Source: a virus | DNA: 64,000 nucleotides | Virus record (IMG/VR): IMGVR_UViG_3300035670_000025 | Direction: 5' to 3' (one strand) | Shown: positions 30,643-39,237 of the stretch, piece after piece | Numbering within the stretch: the first letter of the stretch is position 1 | How the letters are laid out: the number at the start of each line of letters is the position of its first letter | The notes under the pieces: model-generated | The model's input: the letters and a program-made list of their open reading frames with translations, nothing else | Told to the model about the DNA's origin: nothing | Databases searched by the model: none | Program-made: the position numbers and the translations under genes

Positions 30643-31670
30643 TGACAATATTTTGGTATGATGCAGACAAAAATGTTTATAAAACACATATAGATGCTTT
30701 GAAATCTGGTAAAGAATGTTGTATATATTACAACGATTCATTATATGGTTCTGTTGATTGGAAAACAGAACCATCTTTTTCTTTAAAAGAATTATACAAA
30801 TTAAGAGCACAAGAGATACGAGATTCATATGAAAGAGTTATATTATGTTTATCAGGTGGTATTGACTCCCGCAATGTATTAGAATCTTTTTATTACAATA
30901 ATATACAGATAGATGAAATCATATCTGTTGGTGCATTTTCTCAAGATAAATATTTTGGTTCTGATGAAAATAACAACAGAGAAATATATGTAAATGTAAA
31001 ACAATTATTGAACGAATTAGATTTGCCAAACACTAAAATATCATTTTTAGATTACACAGAATACTTCAGAAATCCAAAATCTTTTTCATTGATATCTGAA
31101 TATCAAGATTATTGGATGTATAATATAAGTTGTTGGAAAAGTCCACATCATTTATATTGGAATGATTTATCAAAACATATTGTTAAAGATAACAAAAAGA
31201 CCTGTTGGGTAACAGGTACTGGAAAAACTGGTATTTCTGTTTTTGAACAAATTCCATATGTTTCTTTCAGTGAATTAGAGTTGATGAATTATTCTGGTAA
31301 ATATTTTGATGGTAATTTATATCGTGAGAATTTCTATTGGGGAAATACCTTACTCTCAACAGAGATAATCAAAAAACAAGCATATACTATGTTAAAAGTA
31401 TTTGATATAATGAAAGATAAAAAAACATTTATGAAAAATTATAATGAAATATATAATAAAGCAATTTATGAACTGGTCAATCCAATGATTATGAAAACCA
31501 AAAAATCATCAAATGTTTTAATGAGTATTAGAGATACTTTTATTAAAAACAAAACAGACAGTGATATGTATAAATACTACAAGAATGGATTACAAAAATT
31601 GTTGCATGAGGTTCCAAATGCACAGAAAACATATTACACGAGAAAATATTATTTAAGGGAATTAACATGA
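30642..31670 (+). CDS. PP-loop (adenine nucleotide alpha-hydrolase) ATPase, paralog 1
   Basis: LCLSGGIDS PP-loop; DW..EP..S.KEL...RA..IR.SY. Confidence 0.65.
   Translation: MTIFWYDADKNVYKTHIDALKSGKECCIYYNDSLYGSVDWKTEPSFSLKELYKLRAQEIRDSYERVILCLSGGIDSRNVLESFYYNNIQIDEIISVGAFSQDKYFGSDENNNREIYVNVKQLLNELDLPNTKISFLDYTEYFRNPKSFSLISEYQDYWMYNISCWKSPHHLYWNDLSKHIVKDNKKTCWVTGTGKTGISVFEQIPYVSFSELELMNYSGKYFDGNLYRENFYWGNTLLSTEIIKKQAYTMLKVFDIMKDKKTFMKNYNEIYNKAIYELVNPMIMKTKKSSNVLMSIRDTFIKNKTDSDMYKYYKNGLQKLLHEVPNAQKTYYTRKYYLRELT
31569..31576 (+). promoter_or_regulatory. Possible internal late promoter upstream of paralog 2
   Basis: TATAAATA about 90 nt upstream of 31667. Confidence 0.4.
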
Positions 31671-32482
31671 TTGTAGAAAACAATTGGTTAACAACAAATA
31701 TCAAAGAAAGACTAATTAACAAAAATATTGATTTTGATGTTACTATAACACCCTATTCTTTTACAAAAATGAAATTTATTGAAGCATGTGAAGCAACTGC
31801 AATAAAAATTGCAGCAATGAACAAATCTATTTACATAGCATTTAGTGGTGGTGCTGATTCGGAGTATGTTGTCAGATTATTCAAAAGATTAAATATTCCG
31901 TTTACCGCAGTAACAGTTAAAACTCCCGGCAATGAGTATGAGTTAATGTATGTAGATTTAGTTTATGAGGAATTTCCTGACATTCAAAAAACATATATTG
32001 ATATATCTCAACCTAAAATTTTCATTAAGAAATATTTGGATTTATTAAAGACTACAAATGTAAAAGCCCTTAATTCTATTGCATTGATTGAGTGTGCAAA
32101 ATATGCACAAGAAAATGGAGGTATCATAGTTTCTGCTGATCATTTAGGTGATGTTGGATACAATAAATCAACTGGAATTATGTTAGCAGGGTTTTCGGAA
32201 TGGGATTATTACACAGATATTATAGTAGATGATAACATTTTGATTCCGTTTTTTCAGTATGATTTAAGCATAGTTAATTCTATGGTAAATTTATTTGATA
32301 AATCCACATCTGAGAAATTCAAATCAAATTTATATCAAACTATTTTTAGACCAAAATTTAGACAACATTTTGACAGAAAAATCAATAATGTGCTATTACG
32401 CATCAATGAAAAGAAAAAGACACAACCAAAATCACAAGTTACATATACTAAAAAACAATTTTTAGAATTAATTAAAATGTAA
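31667..32482 (+). CDS. PP-loop ATPase, paralog 2
   Basis: IYIAFSGGADSE. Confidence 0.6.
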   Translation: MIVENNWLTTNIKERLINKNIDFDVTITPYSFTKMKFIEACEATAIKIAAMNKSIYIAFSGGADSEYVVRLFKRLNIPFTAVTVKTPGNEYELMYVDLVYEEFPDIQKTYIDISQPKIFIKKYLDLLKTTNVKALNSIALIECAKYAQENGGIIVSADHLGDVGYNKSTGIMLAGFSEWDYYTDIIVDDNILIPFFQYDLSIVNSMVNLFDKSTSEKFKSNLYQTIFRPKFRQHFDRKINNVLLRINEKKKTQPKSQVTYTKKQFLELIKM

Positions 32483-32490
32483 ATAATAAA

Positions 32491-33456
32491 ATGTTTTTTG
32501 ATAATCAAAATATATTGATAAACATTGAAAACTTGACATCTTTCAAAAACTGGGATTGGTTGACAGAACCAACTGAGTCTTTTAAAGAACTTTGTAAACA
32601 AAGGGCATTGCAGATAAGACAATCATATGATTATGTCATAGTATATCATTCTGGAGGTTCAGATTCTACGACTGTATTAAATAGTTTTTTGGATAATAAT
32701 ATTCATGTAGATGAAATAATAACCTGTTATTATGAAAATGTTAATTCTCCAAATGTTGATGGTAAAAAGTCTATATTTGATCTAAAGCAAAAAAATTTCA
32801 AAGGCATTTATAATAGAGTAAATATAACTTTTGATTCTCTCGTAAATTATTACAAAAAAGAAAATCTATTAGAAGATGGTTCAAACATACAATTTGCACA
32901 TTTTATGCCTGCTATTCAACGATATAACATTAAATACTTAGAACAGTATGGGTTCGCAAAACCTATGAATAGAAAAGAAAAAACTGCACATGTTGTTGGT
33001 GTTGGTGAACCAAAAATAGTAAGAAAAGAAAACAAATTTTATTCTAGATTAGATTTGAAAATCTGTTTTATGGCATCATCATTTCACGAAAATACATATT
33101 TTTTCACAACCAACGATTTTCCAAAATTGCATATAAAACAATCATATATGGTTGCAAAAGATATGAAAGAAAATAACAAATATGTTAGTAATATAAAAAG
33201 AATGAAAAGATTGATAAGAGATGTATACAATCCTTTAATATCACCAACACCAATTATGTTTGGTGATGTTAAAAACAAACTCAATAATATTGAACCATAT
33301 TCAGATATTCATGTTTTGCTTAATTCATACAGTAAAGAAGATGATAAATTTAAAGACTTATATATAAATTCTTCTCTAAAAGATTCTTTCAAAAGATTGA
33401 ACAATATTAACAACTATACTAGCAAATCATATATTGACTGTTTATTAAATATTTAA
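32491..33456 (+). CDS. PP-loop ATPase, paralog 3
   Basis: VYHSGGSDS; N-terminal region aligns by eye with the 30642 ORF (EP..S.KEL..RA..IR.SY, NNI..DEII). Confidence 0.65.
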   Translation: MFFDNQNILINIENLTSFKNWDWLTEPTESFKELCKQRALQIRQSYDYVIVYHSGGSDSTTVLNSFLDNNIHVDEIITCYYENVNSPNVDGKKSIFDLKQKNFKGIYNRVNITFDSLVNYYKKENLLEDGSNIQFAHFMPAIQRYNIKYLEQYGFAKPMNRKEKTAHVVGVGEPKIVRKENKFYSRLDLKICFMASSFHENTYFFTTNDFPKLHIKQSYMVAKDMKENNKYVSNIKRMKRLIRDVYNPLISPTPIMFGDVKNKLNNIEPYSDIHVLLNSYSKEDDKFKDLYINSSLKDSFKRLNNINNYTSKSYIDCLLNI

Positions 33457-34067
33457 TAAAACTTTGGACCCAAACACCATACTACCAAAGACCTTCTCTT
33501 CCCTTTAGTTACAGGTGTAACCCTATGACACATAAAGGATGGAAATAATAATGCTCTACCTTTCTGTGCAGGTAAAATAGCAGGTTCGTTTTGATTTCCT
33601 ACATTAAGTTGAAATTCACCACCTTCAAAATCATCATCCAACAACAAAGTCATTGACAATTTACGAATTTCAAATTGGTCAGTGGAACTGCCCATACAAG
33701 TATCCATATGCCAATCATAATTACCATTCTTTTCCGCATCATATGTAGTATACTGAAAAGAATCATAACCATTCAAATGAAATCCATAAAACATCTCATT
33801 TGCACTTTGTAAAACAAAATTTACTCTATCAAATATCCATGCCGTTTCTGGATTTCTATTATGAAAACCAACATCCGATATTCTAATCTTTTCTGTTTCT
33901 TCTTTTGTTTGTTGACCAAAAGTAGTTCCATGAGATAATTCTTTAGACTCACAATAATCAATTATCTTTTGCAATTCTTCATCAGTAAATGCATTGTCCC
34001 AATAACACCATGGTTCAAAAACAGTTGCTCTTCTTACTGGATCATTATAAATTGTAGTGTATTTCAT
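33453..34067 (-). CDS. 2OG-Fe(II) dioxygenase (PKHD/prolyl-4-hydroxylase-like)
   Basis: YDWHMD (HxD), RKLS.TL.L...FEGG.F, FPSF..HRVTPVTKG.R.SLV.W. Confidence 0.9.
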   Translation of the reverse strand: MKYTTIYNDPVRRATVFEPWCYWDNAFTDEELQKIIDYCESKELSHGTTFGQQTKEETEKIRISDVGFHNRNPETAWIFDRVNFVLQSANEMFYGFHLNGYDSFQYTTYDAEKNGNYDWHMDTCMGSSTDQFEIRKLSMTLLLDDDFEGGEFQLNVGNQNEPAILPAQKGRALLFPSFMCHRVTPVTKGKRRSLVVWCLGPKFY

Positions 34068-34753
34068 TATTCAAACAATCTCCAATTTTTCACAGGTTGT
34101 AATCCTAAATGTTTTGAATTCTTTTCTTTATGAGTTAACAATATATCTCCAGCAATAGCAATTCTTCTGTTTTCAATATCTTCAACGATTTTTATATTAC
34201 ACGACAATCTTTCATCATGTCCTATTGTGTCATGATTTAATGATGCTGGAAATACCATTAGTTGTCCATCTATCGGTTTGAATTGCCATGTATATGAATT
34301 GAAATGATCCCACATATTATTTTGATTATTCATTTTACAAAACAATGAAAAAGGTTCGTGTCTGTTTTCATAATTATAAAATCTTATTGAATTTTGAACA
34401 GTATCTGGCACATGTACATAATATACGAATGAAATGTGTGCATCTGCATGATTATGATTTGGGTTTGATTGTCCTCCTAATATGTTCAACCAAGATTTGA
34501 CAACATTTATATCAAATAAATCTGGATTTACATTATATGTTCTAATAAATTGTTTGACACAAGAAACGGCAAACTCATAAATTTCTTTGTATCTTTCATC
34601 ATGATGTATTGTTACATGACATGTTTGTTCACTTGATTCACCATTTTCATTTAAGTGATCAAACACACTTTCAAAAAATACTTTTTTAAATCTCAAAGGA
34701 TATTCATAGTGAAATTCACTTACCAATGTTGGAAATAAAGCATAATTTATCAT
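34067..34753 (-). CDS. Putative 2OG-Fe(II) dioxygenase (TIGR02466-like)
   Basis: LFPT N-terminus, SW.N, HNH...ISFVYY, G.L.VFPA.L.H, R..IA. Confidence 0.75.
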   Translation of the reverse strand: MINYALFPTLVSEFHYEYPLRFKKVFFESVFDHLNENGESSEQTCHVTIHHDERYKEIYEFAVSCVKQFIRTYNVNPDLFDINVVKSWLNILGGQSNPNHNHADAHISFVYYVHVPDTVQNSIRFYNYENRHEPFSLFCKMNNQNNMWDHFNSYTWQFKPIDGQLMVFPASLNHDTIGHDERLSCNIKIVEDIENRRIAIAGDILLTHKEKNSKHLGLQPVKNWRLFE

Positions 34754-35580
34754 TCTTTTATCCTATTTTTTTTAACCCATTCGCCAAAAATTACTGATTG
34801 ACTTTCAAGTGAATTAATACATTTTTTATATGGAACATATCGTGTTTTCTGTAATTCTGATACAATAACATCTTCTCTAAAAACATCTTCAATTTTATTG
34901 AATATATCTCTCTGCTCTGTTGTTACTTTAGGATCATAATATAATTGGGTTAACCATTTATACCCTCTTTCTTCTTTAATATCATTAGGAAAAGTGCAAT
35001 TTATAGATAAACAACCTTTTGTCCACTCTACAAATATAAACGGAAAAATATAAACCCACCACCCATTAGGATGTTCTTGATATATCCAACCATCACCATT
35101 TTCTAATTTTACAGAGTATGGATCAATTTGAGATGCTAACCATGGATGAACTCCATTCTCTATTATATGTAATAAATCTGCCTCAATTTCCATCAACCAC
35201 AACCAATTTCCAGTACTTTCACCAGTATAACTATGACTATATTCTAAATTTGTTTCATTGGCAACATCATCAACCCACTTATGATTAGGTTCTACAAAAT
35301 TTTTAAAAACAATTCCAGACTTGCCATTATTAGAACTTTGACAGTTTAACTTATACGGATTGTTTTGTGGACTGCCATCAGAATTAAAACCAAATCCATG
35401 CAATTTACATTTGATTTCACTATTTCCTATTTCACCAATAGGATAAAATCTATGAGGACACAATCGATTGAATAATTTGATTTCATCGTCAACTTTTGAC
35501 ATAATATATTCTTGACCTACGAACGGTCCTTTTTTTAGTGCTGATATATGTCCAATCACTTTTGGTGGATTTCTAAACAT
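34750..35580 (-). CDS. Rieske [2Fe-2S] non-heme iron oxygenase-like protein
   Basis: CPHR...CKLHG Rieske motif; E..D..H....H mononuclear iron motif, FRED near the C-terminus; start moved to ATG 35580 (GGAG RBS) because the track start overlaps gp13. Confidence 0.8.
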   Translation of the reverse strand: MFRNPPKVIGHISALKKGPFVGQEYIMSKVDDEIKLFNRLCPHRFYPIGEIGNSEIKCKLHGFGFNSDGSPQNNPYKLNCQSSNNGKSGIVFKNFVEPNHKWVDDVANETNLEYSHSYTGESTGNWLWLMEIEADLLHIIENGVHPWLASQIDPYSVKLENGDGWIYQEHPNGWWVYIFPFIFVEWTKGCLSINCTFPNDIKEERGYKWLTQLYYDPKVTTEQRDIFNKIEDVFREDVIVSELQKTRYVPYKKCINSLESQSVIFGEWVKKNRIKE

Positions 35581-35594
35581 AAAATATGCTCCAT

Positions 35595-35602
35595 GATAAA
35601 TA
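35595..35602 (+). promoter_or_regulatory. Late promoter variant for gp13
   Basis: GATAAATA 40 nt upstream of gp13. Confidence 0.55.
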
Positions 35603-35620
35603 GTAATTATAGCACAATCA

Positions 35621-35628
35621 TATTTATA
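35621..35628 (-). promoter_or_regulatory. T4-type late promoter for the minus-strand oxygenase operon
   Basis: tatttata (TATAAATA on the minus strand) 40 nt upstream of ATG 35580. Confidence 0.7.
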
Positions 35629-35642
35629 TGTAAAGGAAGTCC

Positions 35643-36383
35643 ATGGCATTTCCAAATTCAAGAGCAACTTTTAAAGAAAATTGCCTCCGTAGATTAGGAG
35701 CACCAGTAATCGAAATCAACGTTTCAGATGAACAAGTTGATGATAGAGTTGATGAAGCATTAACTTATTATTGGGATTACCATTTTGATGGTACAGAAAA
35801 ACAATACTACAAACACCAAATAACAGCACAAAACAAAACTGATGGGTATATAGAATTACCAGAAAATATCATCGGTGCAGTAAACCTTTTCACTATTGGT
35901 GAAGGATTGAATACCAACAATTTATTTAATATTAGATATCAAATTGCATTAAATGATCTTTATACATTAACAAATGTATCTCTGGTTCCATATTATATGG
36001 CAATGCAACACATTTCTATGCTAGAAGAAATTCTCGTTGGAAGACAACCTATTAGATACAATAGACATAGAAACAGATTACATATAGATGTTGATTGGAG
36101 CAAAGTTAATACTGGAGAATATATTATTGTTGAAGCATATCAAATTGTTGATCCAGATACATTTACTGATGTATGGAAAGATCGTTGGTTGTTACAATAT
36201 TGCACTGCTTTGATTAAACGTCAGTGGGGAAATAATTTAAAGAAGTTTACTGGTATGGTTATGCCAGGAGGCATTCAATTTAATGGTCAGCAGATATATG
36301 ATGAAGCAATTGAGGAAATAAGATTGTTAGAACAAGATATGATTATATCGTATTCATTACCTATCAGTGATCTTGTAGGATAA
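35643..36383 (+). CDS. gp13: Neck protein gp13
   Basis: CLRRLGAPVIEINV..EQ..DRVDEAL; WG.NL.KF.G..MPGG..FNG. Confidence 0.93.
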   Translation: MAFPNSRATFKENCLRRLGAPVIEINVSDEQVDDRVDEALTYYWDYHFDGTEKQYYKHQITAQNKTDGYIELPENIIGAVNLFTIGEGLNTNNLFNIRYQIALNDLYTLTNVSLVPYYMAMQHISMLEEILVGRQPIRYNRHRNRLHIDVDWSKVNTGEYIIVEAYQIVDPDTFTDVWKDRWLLQYCTALIKRQWGNNLKKFTGMVMPGGIQFNGQQIYDEAIEEIRLLEQDMIISYSLPISDLVG

Positions 36384-36396
36384 TTAAGGAGATTTT

Positions 36397-36702
36397 ATGT
36401 TAACATTTAGTCAATTCTTATCTGAAGCAAAAATAGATAAAAGCAAAATGGCATGTAATAAACCAAGAGCACAAGCAGTCGGTGATTCTCAAACTGGTAA
36501 GTCTCATGTGGTAAAAGCATGTTCTGGTGGTAAAGAAAAGATTATTCGTTTTGGACAACGAGGAGTGAAAGGTTCTCCTAAGAAAAAAGGAGAATCAGAA
36601 GCATATGCGAATAGAAGAAAGAGATTCAAAGCAAGACATGCCAAAAATATAGCAAAAGGTAAAATGTCTGCTGCCTATTGGGCAAATAAGGTTAAATGGT
36701 AA
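36397..36702 (+). CDS. Capsid-targeted small basic protein (DUF5754-like C-terminus)
   Basis: N-terminal MLTFSQFLSE; IRFGQ.G...R..F.ARH...SA.YW...KW. Confidence 0.6.
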   Translation: MLTFSQFLSEAKIDKSKMACNKPRAQAVGDSQTGKSHVVKACSGGKEKIIRFGQRGVKGSPKKKGESEAYANRRKRFKARHAKNIAKGKMSAAYWANKVKW

Positions 36703-37208
36703 TGCTAACATTCAAACAATTCTTTAATATAAATGAAGAATATTTGACAGAATTAAAAAGACCAAAAAGATTTTTTCATATAGGCCCTGATGATTTACAA
36801 CCTGGAGAGGATTTGAAATCACTTTCATCTCTTGTTGGACATGAAGAAGCAAAAAAAATATTTAAGAAAAAATGGGGAGACACTTTTTCAAATGATGAAG
36901 ACTTAAACAAAGCTGCGGATGAACAAACAAAACATGTTCATATAAGTGATCATTGGGATGATACTGATCCAACAAATGAAAAAAGTGGTTCTTGGAAAAT
37001 TAGTTCTGCAAATAAGAAAGCTGGTATACAAAAAAAATTAGCATTATATAGAATTATTCCTGGTAGAAATATGCCAAATCCTATTGAAAAAGGCGGTAAC
37101 TACGGTGGTTATAAAGTAAAAGACAAAATACCAGCAAGATACATTCGTGACAAATGGGATCACAAAAATAAAAAATGGATTCCATTCAATAGACAATATT
37201 CTGAATAA
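36702..37208 (+). CDS. Capsid-targeted internal protein, possible Arr-like ADP-ribosyltransferase fold
   Basis: Start at 36702 (TAATG overlap), MLTFKQFF..NEE; FFHIG..DL.PG..L. Confidence 0.45.
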   Translation: MLTFKQFFNINEEYLTELKRPKRFFHIGPDDLQPGEDLKSLSSLVGHEEAKKIFKKKWGDTFSNDEDLNKAADEQTKHVHISDHWDDTDPTNEKSGSWKISSANKKAGIQKKLALYRIIPGRNMPNPIEKGGNYGGYKVKDKIPARYIRDKWDHKNKKWIPFNRQYSE

Positions 37209-37235
37209 CAAACATTTTTACAGGGCAACCAATTT

Positions 37236-37784
37236 ATGCTAACATTCAAACAATTCCTTGCTGAAATGCAAGCAAGCAACGATAATCCAGAAGACATACA
37301 CATCAAAAAAGCACATAATGATTCTATTCATGCTTATCTGAATCCAAAAACCTCAGCAAGTGAAAAAAAATTTCATCTAACAAAGATTAATGCTCTAAGA
37401 CATAATCTTGGGCATACACCATTGAATAATAAAATGTCTGCGCAAGAAATAAGAGGTTCGTTGCTAGAATCAAAATCATTGAGAGCAATGATAGCAGCAA
37501 CAATGCTTGCCGCATCTCCAGCACAAGCAGGTGGAATGGCACATGAATTGCCAGTTTATTCTCATGGAGAGATTAATAAACCAAACTTAAATCCAGAGTT
37601 GATTGCTAAATCAAAAGCAGCATTGGAAAAAGCACAAGATGAATACGACGAATCTATGCCAGGGGAACATCTCTCCAATGCTATTGATTCTCACAACAAT
37701 GGTGATATTAATGCGGCATTTGAACATCTTAAACAACATAATAAAAAGATGATAAATACTAAACAATCATCACCTATGTCATAA
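37236..37784 (+). CDS. Capsid-targeted internal protein
   Basis: N-terminal MLTFKQFLAE. Confidence 0.55.
   Translation: MLTFKQFLAEMQASNDNPEDIHIKKAHNDSIHAYLNPKTSASEKKFHLTKINALRHNLGHTPLNNKMSAQEIRGSLLESKSLRAMIAATMLAASPAQAGGMAHELPVYSHGEINKPNLNPELIAKSKAALEKAQDEYDESMPGEHLSNAIDSHNNGDINAAFEHLKQHNKKMINTKQSSPMS
37751..37758 (+). promoter_or_regulatory. Late promoter variant for gp14
   Basis: GATAAATA 37 nt upstream of gp14. Confidence 0.5.
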
Positions 37785-37795
37785 GGTATTAGAAT

Positions 37796-38542
37796 ATGCC
37801 CACGTCAACTTTTTTCAACAATTTTGGAAACTCTATGGAGCAAGAACTCCTAGAAGATCTTGTTGTAGAGAGCATTCGTCTGTATGGGCAAGATATGTAT
37901 TACCTTCCCAGAAGAAGAAATAACTTTGATGGGGTTTATTATGAAGATGATATTTCTTCATTTGATACATTTTATACAATAGAAGTATATACAAAATCAA
38001 CTGAAGGTTTTGGTGGTCAAGGTTCATTCTTTTCCAAATTTGGATTAGAAATCAGAGATCAAGTTATATTATCAATTGCTAGAAGAACTTTTGAAATAGA
38101 AATAACTAGAGAAGAAGCAGAATTATTAAGACCTAGAGAAGGAGATTTAATATATTTTCCTCTCAATAAAAAATGCTTTGAAATCAAGTATGTAGATAAT
38201 AAACCTTTCTTCTATCAACTTGGTGAATTGCAAATGTATGATTTAACATGTGAACTATACGAATATTCTAATGAAGTATTAGAAACTGGCATAGAAGATA
38301 TTGATAAATTGCAAAAGAATTTTTCAGTCAATGCAATTGATTTTGGATTACTTGCAGCAAACGGTAAGGTGCTTAAAACCAATAACGGAGATTATCTTGT
38401 TACATCTAAATTCCAAGATAACATTGAGCAATTTGATCCGTTAGCAGATAATAAACGAATTGGTGATGAAATAACAGATGATAGTGTAATAGATTGGACA
38501 GAAACCAATCCTTTTGGCAATTCTCCAGATGGAAAGTATTAA
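37796..38542 (+). CDS. gp14: Neck protein gp14
   Basis: EQ.L.EDLVVESI..YG.D.YY.PR; SKFGLEIRDQ; RPREGDLIYFPL; PFFYQLG. Confidence 0.93.
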   Translation: MPTSTFFNNFGNSMEQELLEDLVVESIRLYGQDMYYLPRRRNNFDGVYYEDDISSFDTFYTIEVYTKSTEGFGGQGSFFSKFGLEIRDQVILSIARRTFEIEITREEAELLRPREGDLIYFPLNKKCFEIKYVDNKPFFYQLGELQMYDLTCELYEYSNEVLETGIEDIDKLQKNFSVNAIDFGLLAANGKVLKTNNGDYLVTSKFQDNIEQFDPLADNKRIGDEITDDSVIDWTETNPFGNSPDGKY

Positions 38543-38554
38543 ACCCAAACCAAT

Positions 38555-38562
38555 TATAAATA
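38555..38562 (+). promoter_or_regulatory. T4-type late promoter for the homing endonuclease gene
   Basis: TATAAATA upstream of the AGGAG RBS. Confidence 0.7.
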
Positions 38563-38593
38563 CTATTGTATTTAAATTGCAGGAGAATTATTA

Positions 38594-39235
38594 ATGAAAC
38601 CTTATACATATTATCTATATCATCACCCCACCGGACTAAAATATTATGGAGTAAGATATGCTAAGAATTGTGACCCTAAAGATTTATGGGATAAATATTT
38701 CACTTCTTGTAAAAAAGTAAAAGAGTTAATTAATGAATATGGCATAAATTCATTTGAAGTTGAAATTAGAAAAATTTTTGAAAACAAAATTGATGCTATA
38801 AACTGGGAAAATAAAGTGTTGAGAAGATTGAAAGTAAAAAGGAAAAAAGAATGGATAAACATAAGTGAAGGAAAAATGCCTTTTGATAATATCACTTATG
38901 GAATGCTCGGCAAACATCACTCCGAAGATAGTAAGAAAAAAATAGCATTAGCACAACTTGGTTCTAAAAACCATATGTTTAACAAAACACACTCCGCAGA
39001 AGCAAGAAAAAAAATAAGTGAAGGAAATAAAGGGAAAAAACATTCTGAAGAAACAAAAACTACAATAAGTAAAAAAATGAAAGGCAGAGATGTCGGGTTT
39101 GGCAAAGGACACAAACATACTCCAGAAACAATAGAAAAAATAAAAATGGCAAGAGCAAAACAAATATTTTCCGAAGAACACAAGAAAAAAATGTCAGAAT
39201 CTGCCAAAAATAGAAAAAAGAGTACGAGGTATTAA
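38594..39235 (+). mobile_element. Free-standing GIY-YIG (Seg-like) homing endonuclease with NUMOD3 repeats
   Basis: YTY.L....TG.KYYG.R, Y.TS, E.K.L; five H(S/T).E...K(I/M)S-type repeats; inserted between gp14 and gp15. Confidence 0.8.
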
Positions 39236-39237
39236 TA

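Noticed and set aside
30642-33456. QueC/7-deazaguanine DNA modification pathway
   Set aside because: No QueC Cys-rich zinc motif seen; no folE, queD, queE or dpdA in the window; the context is late and structural.
35581-35667. Track N-terminal extension of the Rieske ORF
   Set aside because: Overlaps gp13 and both promoters; ATG 35580 has a GGAG RBS and a properly spaced late promoter.
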